DNA of 64,000 bases from Candidatus Moraniibacteriota bacterium (GCA_016699795.1 CP065011.1:1075449-1139448), one strand, 5' to 3'; numbered from the stretch's first letter, positions 9,728 to 20,712 are shown. Translations and numbers: made by a program. The notes: generated by a model not told the origin, from the letters alone.

Positions 9728-12601
9728 TTATTTTCTTTCTATTTTTGCAATCGTTTTTTTTCTCCATTCTTCATAAAGAAAAACAAATCCTGTTGTAAAA
9801 AATACCACCAACCAATCATATCCATCTACAGGACGTGTTCCGAGATATTTCTGAAAGAAAGGCACGTAGAGAAAAAGTCCTAAAATAAAGAATGACATCA
9901 AAAGAGCCCCCCATGCATATTTATTACGAAACCATCCGATTTGATGCATACGCAATCGTTCACTTCTAGCTTCAAAAAGGTTTGCCATTTGTGAAACAGC
10001 AAGAACGACATATGCTGCCGTAGCAGCCTCAAGATACAATTCACTCTGCGTATCAATCGTAGCACCCCAAAACCAACCACCTCGTTGAAGAGACCAAACA
10101 AAAGCAAAAACAGCACCAATTGCCATAATTCCTCCTAAAATAATAAGACGACGAATACCTTGCACATCAATTATTTTTTGTTTTGGAAAAAGCTTCTTCA
10201 TTTTTTGATGAAAAATATTTTTTGATGAAGATGTATCTTCTCCTTTTGCTGAAGGCGTGTCTAACTTCTTTTCTGGTTCGGCCGGTTCCAATCCGAGAGC
10301 AAATGATGGGAAAACATCAGTTCCTAAATCAATAGCAAGAATTTGAACAGCGGAAATGGGTGTAGGCAATTGAAAAATAAAACCCAAAATAACCGTAAAA
10401 AGTTCACTTACGTTCGATGTAAATACATAATGAACAAACTTTCGAATATTAGAAAAAATAACACGACCCTCATGAACACCCTCTACAATGGAAGAAAAAT
10501 TATCATCCAAAAGAATCATATCCGATGCCTCTCTAGAAACATCCGTTCCTATTATACCCATAGCAATACCGATATTTGCTTTTTTTAGAGCAGGAGCATC
10601 ATTCACACCATCTCCCGTCATAGCGATAATCTCCCCCTCTGATTGAAGGATTGTTGCAATTCGAAGTTTTTGATTTGGAGCAATTCGAGCAAACACAACA
10701 TCTCTTGTGTGAATATTCTTTGCAATCTCTTTATCTGTAAGCTTTTCCAAATCTTTACCACCAATGACGTCAAAAGATTTACCTTTTTCTCCTGAAATAA
10801 TCCCAGCCTCTCGTGCGATAGCCTCCGCCGTTGTTGCATAATCACCCGTAATCATAAGAATACGAATCCCCATTTCTTTGCACTTCTTTACAGCATTCGC
10901 AACTCCAATTCGAGGAGGATCTATCATTGCCAACATTCCAACCCAAACAAGATCACGTTCCATTTCACTTTCGTAGGAACCCTCTTTTACTTGAGAAATA
11001 TCTCTAAAAGAAAAAGCTAATAATCTCAGGGCTTGACTGGATAAATTTTCATATTGATTTCGAACGGATTGTTTTTCTTCTTCAGAAAAATGAATTATAT
11101 TTCCAGATTCATCTAACCTTTTAGAGGCCAAAGAAAGAAGCACATCCGGAGATCCTTTTACATAGGAATATTTTACATTCTCTTCATTCCCTAAATAATT
11201 CTTTTTTGCTTCATAAGCAACGCTCATACACATCCTTTCTGAACTAAAAGGTATTTCCATTAACTTACCTTGTCCTGAAAGAAAAAAATTCGGTTCAGCA
11301 TTATATTTTTTTGCCGCAACAACAAGAGCACCTTCTGTAGGATCTCCCAAAATAGAATATTTTCCATTTTCTTCAACTAAATCAGCATCATTACAAAGAG
11401 ATGCTATTCGAAAAAGAAGATCTCCATGAGGAATTTCTTCGGACTTAACAGTTTTTCCATCAAGAGAAAAAACTCCTTTTGGTTCATATCCCGATCCACT
11501 TACCGAAAAAATAGAACCTCCCACAATCATTTTTGTTACCGTGAGCTCATTCTTTGTAAGCGTCCCTGTTTTGTCGGTACAAATAATAGTAACGGATCCT
11601 AATGTTTCTACAGCCGAAAGTCTTTTAGCAAGAACATTCTTTTTAAGTAATCGTTTCATCCCAAGTGCCAAAGAAACTGATATTGCTGCTGGCAATCCCT
11701 CTGGAACAACTGAAACAGCAAGAGCCAAAGCCAAAAGAAAATTTTCATACCAAGAAAAATGCAAATATTGACCCACGAGCATAACCACACCCCCAATAAA
11801 TATTGATAAAACAGCAATGCTTTTTCCCAACATCTGCATACGCTTTTGAAGTGGTGTAGGTTCTTCAACAACAGCTGTTGTTATTTTTGCTAATTTTCCC
11901 AATTCAGTTTCTTCCCCAGTTGAAACAATAACTAAACGAGCTTCTCCGGAAACGATTGACTCCCCCATAAAGATCATATTCTCAATATCAGAGAGGCCTG
12001 TTTCTTCTTTCATCACACCCACTTGTCTTTTTTCTGGACGAGATTCTCCACTAAAAATGAATCCGTCTACTCGACAAGAATAACTTTCTACAATATATCC
12101 GTCAGCAGGCATTTCAGTACCAGCATCGACAAAAACAACATCTCCAGCAACAAGGAATTGGGCTTCAATTTCTTGACGTTCTCCATCACGAAACACCAAA
12201 GCTTTGTCAGAAGTAAGTGTCCGCATTTTTTCCATAACTTTTTCAGCTTTATATTCCTGAAAAAAGCCAATACATGCATTTAAAAAAACTATGATAAGAA
12301 TAATTACACCATCTCGGGTTGCTCCAGTAGCAAAGGCGAGAGCTGAAGCCACAAGAAGAATAATAACAAGCGTATCAGAAAATTGTTCAAGAAAGAGAAT
12401 TATTGTTCGATGACTCTTTTTCTTTGGAAGCTCGTTTTTTCCATCTTGCACAAGTCGACGAGCTGCTTCATTAGAAGTTAGTCCAGAAAGAGACGTTTTT
12501 AATCCATCAAAAACTTCTTTCGCAGACATAGAATGCCATCGTTTTGATCGAGAATTAGTTTTCTGTTGAAATGCTTCTTTATTCCCTTGAAAAAAATTCA
12601 T
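9728..12601 (-). CDS. cation-transporting P-type ATPase (P2-type, Ca2+/Mg2+-like)
   Basis: Phosphorylation motif ICTDKTGTLT, hinge MTGDGVNDAPALKKANIGIAMG, MITGD, and ~10 TM helices. 957 aa. Confidence 0.9.
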   Translation of the reverse strand: MNFFQGNKEAFQQKTNSRSKRWHSMSAKEVFDGLKTSLSGLTSNEAARRLVQDGKNELPKKKSHRTIILFLEQFSDTLVIILLVASALAFATGATRDGVIILIIVFLNACIGFFQEYKAEKVMEKMRTLTSDKALVFRDGERQEIEAQFLVAGDVVFVDAGTEMPADGYIVESYSCRVDGFIFSGESRPEKRQVGVMKEETGLSDIENMIFMGESIVSGEARLVIVSTGEETELGKLAKITTAVVEEPTPLQKRMQMLGKSIAVLSIFIGGVVMLVGQYLHFSWYENFLLALALAVSVVPEGLPAAISVSLALGMKRLLKKNVLAKRLSAVETLGSVTIICTDKTGTLTKNELTVTKMIVGGSIFSVSGSGYEPKGVFSLDGKTVKSEEIPHGDLLFRIASLCNDADLVEENGKYSILGDPTEGALVVAAKKYNAEPNFFLSGQGKLMEIPFSSERMCMSVAYEAKKNYLGNEENVKYSYVKGSPDVLLSLASKRLDESGNIIHFSEEEKQSVRNQYENLSSQALRLLAFSFRDISQVKEGSYESEMERDLVWVGMLAMIDPPRIGVANAVKKCKEMGIRILMITGDYATTAEAIAREAGIISGEKGKSFDVIGGKDLEKLTDKEIAKNIHTRDVVFARIAPNQKLRIATILQSEGEIIAMTGDGVNDAPALKKANIGIAMGIIGTDVSREASDMILLDDNFSSIVEGVHEGRVIFSNIRKFVHYVFTSNVSELFTVILGFIFQLPTPISAVQILAIDLGTDVFPSFALGLEPAEPEKKLDTPSAKGEDTSSSKNIFHQKMKKLFPKQKIIDVQGIRRLIILGGIMAIGAVFAFVWSLQRGGWFWGATIDTQSELYLEAATAAYVVLAVSQMANLFEARSERLRMHQIGWFRNKYAWGALLMSFFILGLFLYVPFFQKYLGTRPVDGYDWLVVFFTTGFVFLYEEWRKKTIAKIERK

Positions 12602-12751
12602 ATTATTTTTTTATTTACTCTAAAATTTTTACATATTTCTTTCAGAATACATCAAAAAAATATTCTTCGAAAATACATAAAATATTTCTCTATTTTATTC
12701 ATCAGCATACTTATAAAAAGTTTACTCCAAAACTTCCCAGATACCTTCCAT

Positions 12752-13450
12752 TTAATATATTTGTGTACCTTCGTATGCCTCCCCTTCCAAATAAGCTCTC
12801 AATCTTTCCAGTTTTTTCCCATTCATAATTATAACCCTAAGATCATTTTCTTGAGAAAGTTTTGCCGCAATAGGATCAAATGGAGCGTTAAGCCCTGGGT
12901 TCCAAACATCGCCAACGATTTTTCGAAAGTCAGCCCATGTCGTTTCTTTAATTTTTTTTGCTTCAGGAAATATTTTTGGATCCTTATCGTAAACATAATC
13001 AATATTGGAAAGATTAATAAGGGATGATATGCCTAAATATTTTGCCAAAAGAACGGCATCATAATCAGTAGAACAACCAGGACGAAAGCCTGCTGCAATA
13101 ATAATAGGCTCTTTCGCAAAAGAAAAATCCTCAAGATCATGAGGATTTGTATTGATTCTTGGATAGGCATATTTACGAAAAATTGTTCGCATCAAATGAG
13201 CATTCAATCGTGTGGAGTGTATACCAAGCCAATCCTTATCTTCGTCAGTCAAATCTGGATCAACACGATATGCGGACTCCTGATATTTTCTCGCTGTTTT
13301 TCCTCCTCCAGTAATAAGAATAAAATTCCAACCTTTTTCAACATATTCAATAATAAGATTGTGAAAATCACTGAGATATTTCCAATCTATCTCATCAGGA
13401 ACAATAAGTGATCCACCTAAAGAAATGACACATCTTTTTTCTTTGTTCAT
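12752..13450 (-). CDS. pyrH: UMP kinase, archaeal-type amino-acid-kinase fold
   Basis: N-terminal VISLGGSLIVP followed by ILITGGG. 232 aa, the length and layout of archaeal-type PyrH. Confidence 0.7.
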   Translation of the reverse strand: MNKEKRCVISLGGSLIVPDEIDWKYLSDFHNLIIEYVEKGWNFILITGGGKTARKYQESAYRVDPDLTDEDKDWLGIHSTRLNAHLMRTIFRKYAYPRINTNPHDLEDFSFAKEPIIIAAGFRPGCSTDYDAVLLAKYLGISSLINLSNIDYVYDKDPKIFPEAKKIKETTWADFRKIVGDVWNPGLNAPFDPIAAKLSQENDLRVIIMNGKKLERLRAYLEGEAYEGTQIY

Positions 13451-13532
13451 AATTTCTTCTTTTTATCCAAAAATTATTTCTTACCTTTAATGTTGTAATG
13501 TTCTAGGATTTTTCAAATAAATTTTTTTATTC

Positions 13533-13994
13533 TTATTGTATGCATCCTTCTTGATAGCCAGCCTGTTTTGCTTCTTCGGCGTTTTTAAAGCATCGGATAT
13601 TTTCGGGTTTTATCCTCTTTGCCCAAGAACACGTAGGTGAATGATATTTATCGCTATTTTTACTTCCTACAAAAAGACAATCCGCTTTATTTCCAGATAA
13701 TCCCTCTCCTGTATTTTCTTTCGAAACAGTCTGCCCTAAAACTGTAGATGATTCTTCTTTATTAGATAATGCACATTTCGGGCAATCTTCCCTTACTTGT
13801 TCAAGAATTAGAGGCTTTTGATTCTTCTCTTGAGCGTACAAAAACCCTATTTCAAAAGATACCACGGAAGAAAAAAATATAATAGCAACTATCAAAAAAT
13901 GGAACTTATTTTCTCTAAGCCATGCTCTAAGTTTTCTTAATCGTGAAGGGAAAAATTTTCCCTTTTTATCTGTTTCTAGAAATTGTCTTGACAT
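13533..13994 (-). CDS. membrane-anchored protein with Ada-type zinc-binding domain
   Basis: N-terminal TM helix, then a C-terminal KYHSPTCSWAKRIKPENIRCFKNAEEAKQAGYQEGC. This matches the Ada N-terminal metal-binding pattern (FCRPSC...EN..F..A.EA..AGFRPC). A degenerate second copy (CPKCA) lies upstream. Confidence 0.45.
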   Translation of the reverse strand: MSRQFLETDKKGKFFPSRLRKLRAWLRENKFHFLIVAIIFFSSVVSFEIGFLYAQEKNQKPLILEQVREDCPKCALSNKEESSTVLGQTVSKENTGEGLSGNKADCLFVGSKNSDKYHSPTCSWAKRIKPENIRCFKNAEEAKQAGYQEGCIQ

Positions 13995-14071
13995 AAAGTC
14001 TTATTTTTCGTACACTCTCTTCTGATAGGAGATATATTCTCCACTGTAACGCAATCATTTTTTTTGGCAAT

Positions 14072-14365
14072 ATGGCACATAGAAAAGCAGGTGGATCGAC
14101 GCGTCTAGGACGAGATTCTATATCGAAAAGATTAGGAATCAAAATTTTTGGAGGACAGCCCGCAAAAAGCGGAAATATTATTGTTCGTCAGAGAGGAACA
14201 AAATTTCGTCCTGGGAAAAATGTAAGAAAAGGTGCAGACGATACTCTCTACGCATCAAATGATGGTATTGTAAGCTTTCTCAAAAAGAAAGTTATTAGCT
14301 ATACTGGAAAAATAGTTAAACGACAATACGTACACGTCAAAGATCCTATAGAATTAAAAAAGTAA
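14072..14365 (+). CDS. rpmA: 50S ribosomal protein L27
   Basis: [26 protein letters not shown]...[16 protein letters not shown] matches the bL27 signature. Confidence 0.9.
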   Translation: MAHRKAGGSTRLGRDSISKRLGIKIFGGQPAKSGNIIVRQRGTKFRPGKNVRKGADDTLYASNDGIVSFLKKKVISYTGKIVKRQYVHVKDPIELKK

Positions 14366-14388
14366 AGAAATTTTTATTTTCCTTTTCT

Positions 14389-14418
14389 GAAAAAATCCCT
14401 CATATGAGGGATTTTTTA
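14389..14418. terminator. bidirectional Rho-independent terminator
   Basis: AAAAAA-TCCCTCATATGAGGGA-TTTTTT lies between the convergent genes rpmA (+) and pyrG (-). Confidence 0.7.
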
Positions 14419-14464
14419 AATGAAATTCTACGTTTTATCAGAAAAGAAAGTTAAAAATATATCT

Positions 14465-16135
14465 CTAGGAATTGAAATTTTTCTTTCTTTCTCCTGATTT
14501 CTTTAGAAATTCATTAAAGAGTGGATGCCCTGTTAGAGGTCTGGATTGAAGTTCTGGATGAAATTGAGTTCCCACAAAAAAGGGATGCACCTTTCGAGGG
14601 AGTTCAACAATCTCCATAAGTCTTTTGTTGGGAGATTTTCCTGAAAAAATCATTCCAGCAGTTTCAAGTTTTTCAATATACTGAGGATTCATTTCATAAC
14701 GATGACGGTGACGCTCGGAAATGCGTTCTTTTTTGTAAGCGGCATTTGCTATTGTTTGAGGAGAAATCTCAGCAATATAAGAACCTAAACGCATTGATCC
14801 TCCATAATTTTTTTTCTCAAGAAGCTCTTTTTGTTCAGGCAAAATATCAATTACAGGAAAAGAAGTTTTTGGATTAATCTCTGTTGTATGCGCATCCTTC
14901 ATACCAACAATATTTCTTGCGTATTCAACGATCGACATTTGCATTCCATAACAAATACCCAAAAATGGAATTTTTTGTTCACGAACATATTGAATTGCAA
15001 GAATTTTCCCTTCTATCCCACGCGAGCCAAATCCTCCAGGAACAATAAGTCCGTGCAAATCCTTCAATTCATCAAGTGCTTTTGGATCATTTTCATACTT
15101 TTCAGCATCAATCCAAAGTATTTCAGGTTTAAAACCATATAATGCCCCTGCATGCTTTATGGATTCTATTACGCTAATATAGGAATCAGAAAGAACAAAA
15201 TCACCAGTTGTAAAATATTTTCCAGCTATTCCAATTCGAACCTTTTTCTTTGAAGATTTCAATCGATCTACAAAAAATTTCCATTCTTTTAAGTCTGTCT
15301 TTTTGGAATCAAGATGAAGTTTCTTTAAAATAAGTTCGCTAAGATTATCTTTCTCAAAGTTAAGAGGAACTTCATAAATACTATCAATGTCAGGTGCGCT
15401 GATTACATCCTCTTCGGAAACATTACAAAACATAGCTATTTTCTCTTTTCTCTTTTTATCTATAGATTTCTCCGATCTTCCTATAATAAAATCCGGCTGT
15501 ATACCAGCTCCTTGTAAGGTTCTTGCTGCATATTGAGTTGGTTTAGTTTTCATTTCCCCTATTTTATTGGGGATGGGTAAATAACTCACCAAGACAAAAA
15601 GAACATCTTGCGGATACTTACTTTTCATCATTCGAGCCGCTTCAAGAAATAAAACATTTTGATATTCTCCAATAGTTCCTCCAATTTCAACCAAAGTAAT
15701 ATCAGCTTTTGATTTTTTTTGGGCGTTTTCTATCCTTCTGATAACTTCTAAAGGAATATGAGGAACAACTTCAACGCATTTTCCCTTGTATTCGAGATTT
15801 CTTTCTTTTTCAATAACACTCAAATACACACGACCCGTCGTCATATAATTATCATTGGGCAGATTCATATCCAAAAATCGCTCATAATTACCCATATCCT
15901 GATCGGTTTCATATCCATCTTTCAAAACAAAAACCTCTCCATGTTCCGTTGGATTCATCGTGCCCGCATCAACATTAATATAAGGATCGATTTTTAAAGC
16001 AGTTACAGAAAAACCCCTTGATTGCAATATCTTCCCAATAGAAGAAGTGGTAATTCCTTTTCCTACACCACTCATAACACCACCCACAACAAAGATATAT
16101 TTTCCCATACTTTTTAGTATTTCTTCATAAATCAA
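14465..16135 (-). CDS. pyrG: CTP synthase
   Basis: GKYIFVVGGVMSGVGKGITTSSIG at the N-terminus, and a glutamine amidotransferase C-terminal domain with GICYGMQ. The true start may be the Met at 16108. Confidence 0.9.
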   Translation of the reverse strand: MIYEEILKSMGKYIFVVGGVMSGVGKGITTSSIGKILQSRGFSVTALKIDPYINVDAGTMNPTEHGEVFVLKDGYETDQDMGNYERFLDMNLPNDNYMTTGRVYLSVIEKERNLEYKGKCVEVVPHIPLEVIRRIENAQKKSKADITLVEIGGTIGEYQNVLFLEAARMMKSKYPQDVLFVLVSYLPIPNKIGEMKTKPTQYAARTLQGAGIQPDFIIGRSEKSIDKKRKEKIAMFCNVSEEDVISAPDIDSIYEVPLNFEKDNLSELILKKLHLDSKKTDLKEWKFFVDRLKSSKKKVRIGIAGKYFTTGDFVLSDSYISVIESIKHAGALYGFKPEILWIDAEKYENDPKALDELKDLHGLIVPGGFGSRGIEGKILAIQYVREQKIPFLGICYGMQMSIVEYARNIVGMKDAHTTEINPKTSFPVIDILPEQKELLEKKNYGGSMRLGSYIAEISPQTIANAAYKKERISERHRHRYEMNPQYIEKLETAGMIFSGKSPNKRLMEIVELPRKVHPFFVGTQFHPELQSRPLTGHPLFNEFLKKSGERKKNFNS

Positions 16136-16588
16136 TTAGTTTTCTTTTGTAACAAGGATTCGAAGTTTTTCAGTAGCTTTAATCTTTGGAAAATAAATAT
16201 CTATCAAATGTTCTCCTACTGTTTTTATTCCATGATCTAAGATGATTTGCTTTTGATCCAAGTCAAATCCCTTTACTTTCAAGGCTTGAATAATTTCTTG
16301 AGCTGAAATAGAAGCGAAAAGCGAATCTCCTGAAACTTTTTTTGCAAAGGAAAGTGTTATGTTTTTCAATTGAATTCGAATTTCTTTTTCTTCTTTAGTC
16401 TTTTCTGTAATCTTCTTGATCTTAATTTGTTCTTTATTCTTTGCATCAGCTACAATTCCTGAAGTTGCTACTTTTGCAAGTTTTTTGGGAAAAAGAAAGT
16501 TACGAGCATATCCATCAGAAACTTCTTTAATTTCCCCCTTATTACCTAATTTTTTCACATTTTCCAAAAGAAATACTTTCATATTCAT
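16136..16588 (-). CDS. rplI: 50S ribosomal protein L9
   Basis: [36 protein letters not shown] is the canonical bL9 N-terminus. 150 aa. Confidence 0.85.
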   Translation of the reverse strand: MNMKVFLLENVKKLGNKGEIKEVSDGYARNFLFPKKLAKVATSGIVADAKNKEQIKIKKITEKTKEEKEIRIQLKNITLSFAKKVSGDSLFASISAQEIIQALKVKGFDLDQKQIILDHGIKTVGEHLIDIYFPKIKATEKLRILVTKEN

Positions 16589-16613
16589 TTTTCATTAATC
16601 TTTATATAATCTC

Positions 16614-17306
16614 TTATTTTTTCTTATCACTGCAACCCTCCGTAAGATAGAGCGAGGTAGCTTTCAAAAGAAGCGTCTTTATAATATCAGCATCTTGCGG
16701 ATTAATATGATGTCGTCTCAAAATACAGTAAGCCGAAACGCCTTCAATTTCTTCCTTCATACGAATAATAATATAAGCACCATTTTTAGTCGAACTATTC
16801 GAAGTTCGATAAAAACAAAGCTCACGATTTATCTTGGGATGAAATCCTTCTCGGGTTCCCGTTTCAAACAAAACCTTTGATTCTTTAGTATCATAAAATC
16901 CCAAAATAGCATCTTTACATCCACCAAAAATAGAAATGGCATTCAGAATAGATTGACACAAAGAATTATGAGCATTCGACGAGTCTTCATCTATTTTTTT
17001 TGAAGAAATTTTTATAACTTCTTTAAGAATTTCTATTTTTCTATTCAAAATTCCAATATAAGAATAAGAAGATGCAAGATCCTTATGAGCATCTGACATT
17101 TTCCATGTACAACTTTCTTGTCGATCTCGATATCGTTTCAGACGAAGGTCTACAATATGATATAAAGTAAGACCAACAGCTCCTAAAATAAATAAAAGAG
17201 CTATTTGCAATTCCTCTCTATTTGCATAAGGAAAAATATCCTTTTCAAATACAATATAAGGAATAAGCGTTATAAACAAAAAAAGTAGTGTAGTAAACCA
17301 GTACAA
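16614..17306 (-). CDS. hypothetical membrane protein
   Basis: 230 aa with two N-terminal TM helices and an uncharacterised soluble domain. Confidence 0.4.
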   Translation of the reverse strand: MYWFTTLLFLFITLIPYIVFEKDIFPYANREELQIALLFILGAVGLTLYHIVDLRLKRYRDRQESCTWKMSDAHKDLASSYSYIGILNRKIEILKEVIKISSKKIDEDSSNAHNSLCQSILNAISIFGGCKDAILGFYDTKESKVLFETGTREGFHPKINRELCFYRTSNSSTKNGAYIIIRMKEEIEGVSAYCILRRHHINPQDADIIKTLLLKATSLYLTEGCSDKKK

Positions 17307-17324
17307 AGCCGTGAAAATATGGAA

Positions 17325-18218
17325 TTATCTCCCCTTCTCTCGGTTGTGTATTTGTTTTTGTATGAATTTTTCTATTGGAATTCGTAAATCATCTCGGTCC
17401 ATTGCATATTCCAGATTCGCCATCACATAACTAAGTGGATCCCCAGTTGTTAACCATTTTCCATCCATTATTTCTTTTACTCGAACTATTTTCCCCGAAA
17501 GAAGATATCTTTCGATCGCATCAGTGAGCCAGAGTTCATTTCCCTTCCCCAAACTCGTTTCTCGGAGAGAATTTATAATATCCTGATCGAGAATAAAGCG
17601 CCCAAACTGAGCCAATTGAGAAGGAGCATTTTGAGGTTCAGGCTTTTCAACAATACTCTTCATTTCATTCGTACCTTCTTTGAGCTCTACGATACCATAC
17701 TTATGTACTTCATCCGGAGAAACTCTTTGTACTCCTACAATGGGAGTTTGATATTTTTCATACTCTTCTACCATTTGTTTTGTAAATGAAGTTTTTGATT
17801 TAACGAGATCATCTCCAAATGCATAAACAAAAGGTTCATCATCAACAAGAGAGGCTGCACTCAAAAGAGGTGTTCCATTACCATAAGGACCTTTTTGTCT
17901 GACATAAATAAAATTCGCCAAGTCAGCAATCCTTCTCACCTCTTGAAGCTTCTCTTCTTTTCCCGCTTTTTCCAAATCACTTTCCAATGCCCACGAACGA
18001 TCAAAATGATCTTCTAAAGGTTTTTTATCCCATTTAGTTACCAAGATAATATCTTCTATTCCAGCAGCGACCAATTCCTCCACAATAAGCTGAATAGCTG
18101 GCTTGTCCACAATAGGAAGCATTTCTTTTGGCATTGATTTGGTAGCAGGAAGTAATCTTGTTCCCGACCCAGCTACGGCAACTATGGCTTTTCTAATAGG
18201 CTTTTTTGACATAACCAA
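17325..18218 (-). CDS. galU: UTP--glucose-1-phosphate uridylyltransferase
   Basis: KAIVAVAGSGTRLLPATKSMPKEMLPIVDKP is the nucleotidyltransferase G-loop, and the overall length fits GalU. Overlaps the 3' end of the upstream gene by ~20 nt. Confidence 0.85.
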   Translation of the reverse strand: MVMSKKPIRKAIVAVAGSGTRLLPATKSMPKEMLPIVDKPAIQLIVEELVAAGIEDIILVTKWDKKPLEDHFDRSWALESDLEKAGKEEKLQEVRRIADLANFIYVRQKGPYGNGTPLLSAASLVDDEPFVYAFGDDLVKSKTSFTKQMVEEYEKYQTPIVGVQRVSPDEVHKYGIVELKEGTNEMKSIVEKPEPQNAPSQLAQFGRFILDQDIINSLRETSLGKGNELWLTDAIERYLLSGKIVRVKEIMDGKWLTTGDPLSYVMANLEYAMDRDDLRIPIEKFIQKQIHNREKGR

Positions 18219-19020
18219 AGGTAATTGATTTACTCATACGTTTTACATGATCATTATACTCAGAAATGGCTTCGTTGACAATTGGATCAAATTTTTCTCC
18301 CATAGCAGAATTCTTTGCAAACAAAGAAGCTTCCATAAGCGTTTCGAATGTTCCCGTATCAAACCATTTCCCTTCAAGGATATGAATATCCAGCATACCT
18401 TCCTTCAAATACACATTATGTATCTCTGTTATTTCAATCTCACCGCGAGCAGACGGTTTTACTTCCGAAGCAATCTTCGAAACTCTTTTGTCAAAGATAT
18501 AAATTCCTGGAATAGCATATTGACTTTTGGGCTTCTCAGGCTTTTCTTCGATAGAAATCACCTTTCCCTCTTTATTAAATTCCACAACACCAAAACGTTC
18601 AGGATCATTTACTTTTGTTGCAAATATTCTTCCCCCTGAGGTAAATGATGTAATCGCTTCGGTAAAGTCATCTTCGAAAACATTATCTCCCAGAATCATA
18701 ACAACATTATCTTCATCCAAGAAATCTTCTCCCAAAATAAAAGCATCTGCGAGCCCTCGAGGAACTTTCTGCACCATAAAAGAAATTTTGACTCCATGTT
18801 GAAGAAAAAGAGATCCCAAAAGATTAAGAAATTGACCACTATGATCAGGTGAAACAATAATCAAAATATCTTTTATCCCTGCTTTTATAAGCGTATTTAG
18901 GGGATAAAAAATCATCTGCCTATCATATATAGGAAGAAGTTGTTTTGATGTAGTTGCTGTAAGAGGAAGCAATCTTGTCCCCGATCCTCCCGCGAGAATT
19001 ATGCCTTTCATATTTTTCAT
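18193..19020 (-). CDS. glucose-1-phosphate thymidylyltransferase-like (RmlA/RfbA family)
   Basis: MKGIILAGGSGTRLLPLTATTSKQLLPIYD. The start is placed at the Met (19020) just downstream of the glyA stop. The ORF track extends it to 19056. Confidence 0.8.
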   Translation of the reverse strand: MKNMKGIILAGGSGTRLLPLTATTSKQLLPIYDRQMIFYPLNTLIKAGIKDILIIVSPDHSGQFLNLLGSLFLQHGVKISFMVQKVPRGLADAFILGEDFLDEDNVVMILGDNVFEDDFTEAITSFTSGGRIFATKVNDPERFGVVEFNKEGKVISIEEKPEKPKSQYAIPGIYIFDKRVSKIASEVKPSARGEIEITEIHNVYLKEGMLDIHILEGKWFDTGTFETLMEASLFAKNSAMGEKFDPIVNEAISEYNDHVKRMSKSITFGYVKKAY

Positions 19021-19022
19021 TC

Positions 19023-20249
19023 TTAATTTGGAGAGTAAACAGGAAATTTTTTGCAAAAAGTTTTTACTTCTTTTTGTATATATTTAAGTTTCTTTTCATC
19101 ATTATGTGATTGAATAGCTTGATCAATAAATTCAGCAATTATTTCCATTTCTTTTTTTCGCATACCCCTTGTGGTGACAGCGGGCGTTCCTAAACGAATT
19201 CCACTTGGATCCAATGGTCCACGGGAATCATCAGGAATAACATTTTTGTTTACCGTAATACCCACACTATCCAATGCTGTTTCTACTTGTTTTCCTGTGA
19301 GAGAAAAACTTTGCACTGTATCCACTACAAGCATATGTGAATCCGTTCCTCCAAAAGCAAGAACATACTTTCTTTTCTTAAATTCTTTTTCCAAAACTTT
19401 AGCATTTTCCAAAATAGATGTGGCATATTCATGAAATTCTGTTTTCAAGGCTTCACCAAATGCGACTGCCTTAGCTGCAATATTATTTTCATGAGGCCCT
19501 CCTTGAAGACCAGGGAAAACCGCTTTGTCTATAGCTTGAGCAAATTCTTTTTTACAAAGAATCATTCCTCCTCTCGGCCCTCTTAATGATTTATGCGTTG
19601 TTGTGGTAACGATATCAAAATAAGAAACAGGATTCGGATAAACCTTTCCCGCCACAAGCCCAGCGACATGCGCCATATCAAAAAAAGAAATAGCTCCGAC
19701 TTCTTTGGCGATACGACAAAAAGCTGAAAAGTCTACTCGTCTTGTATAAGAAGAAAAACCCGCAAGAAGAATTTTTGGCTTTACTTCTTTGGCCTGTTTG
19801 AGAAGTTTTTGATAATCAATCTTTCCATCACTTTCTGTCTTGTATCGTTCAAATCGATATATCTTCGCTGGAACAGTAACAGGATGTCCATGAGTCAAAT
19901 GACCTCCGTGAGAAAGATCCATTCCCAAAACAGTTTCTCCTGGTAAAAGAAGTGCGCTATATACAGCTAGATTTGCTGGAGCACCCGAAAGAGGTTGTAC
20001 ATTTATATGTTCAGCTCCAAAAAGCTCTTTAGCTCGATCAATAGCAAGCTGTTCCATTTGATCTACAAAAATTTGCCCTCCGTAATAACGCTTTCCTGGA
20101 TACCCTTCGCTATATTTATTGGTAAAAACCGATCCCAAAGCCTCCAAAACAGATAATGAGGCATAATTCTCACTCGGAATAAGCTCCATTCCTTCTTCTT
20201 GACGCTTCTTTTCTTTCTTTATAAGTTCGTACAAAATTCTGTCAGTCAT
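19023..20249 (-). CDS. glyA: serine hydroxymethyltransferase
   Basis: MTDRILYELIKKEKKRQEEGMELIPSENYASLSVLEALGS...YSEGYPGKRYYGG is the canonical SHMT N-terminus. Start chosen at the ATG at 20249 (MTDRI) rather than the upstream in-frame Met. Confidence 0.9.
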   Translation of the reverse strand: MTDRILYELIKKEKKRQEEGMELIPSENYASLSVLEALGSVFTNKYSEGYPGKRYYGGQIFVDQMEQLAIDRAKELFGAEHINVQPLSGAPANLAVYSALLLPGETVLGMDLSHGGHLTHGHPVTVPAKIYRFERYKTESDGKIDYQKLLKQAKEVKPKILLAGFSSYTRRVDFSAFCRIAKEVGAISFFDMAHVAGLVAGKVYPNPVSYFDIVTTTTHKSLRGPRGGMILCKKEFAQAIDKAVFPGLQGGPHENNIAAKAVAFGEALKTEFHEYATSILENAKVLEKEFKKRKYVLAFGGTDSHMLVVDTVQSFSLTGKQVETALDSVGITVNKNVIPDDSRGPLDPSGIRLGTPAVTTRGMRKKEMEIIAEFIDQAIQSHNDEKKLKYIQKEVKTFCKKFPVYSPN

Positions 20250-20520
20250 TTTAAGAGATTTTCTTTTCATAAAGATATGTATATAAGATATAAAGAAGAC
20301 TAAACCCAAATGTGTTTTTTTTCAATACAAATATCTTTTTATTTTTCTCTAACATCCCTCTGAACATAGTATCCCATCAAAACACAAAACCAATTAATTA
20401 CCCAGAAGTATTCTACAAAAACAATAAAATCATATTTTTTAGTACTGAATAAATTCCCATAACGAAACAGAAAGTAACCATAGAACAAAAAAAGGGGGCT
20501 CTAAAAAATTTAAGTATTTT

Positions 20521-20712
20521 TTATTTCTTCCTAAAAAATATTTTTATATTCTTTAAAAAAGAAGAAAAATTCTTTTTCTCATCAAAAAAGACTTCCTCTT
20601 TTCTATTTTTATTTAATTCTGAAAGATTAGGTATTTTTGAAACATCTTCACTTACAGGAAATTTATTTTCTAAACCAGGATATTCATCTTTTTCACCAAA
20701 ATCTATACTCAT
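20521..20712 (-). CDS. small hypothetical protein (63 aa), doubtful
   Basis: Short acidic ORF in the glyA-DUF2202 intergenic region, with no supporting motif. Confidence 0.15.
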   Translation of the reverse strand: MSIDFGEKDEYPGLENKFPVSEDVSKIPNLSELNKNRKEEVFFDEKKNFSSFLKNIKIFFRKK

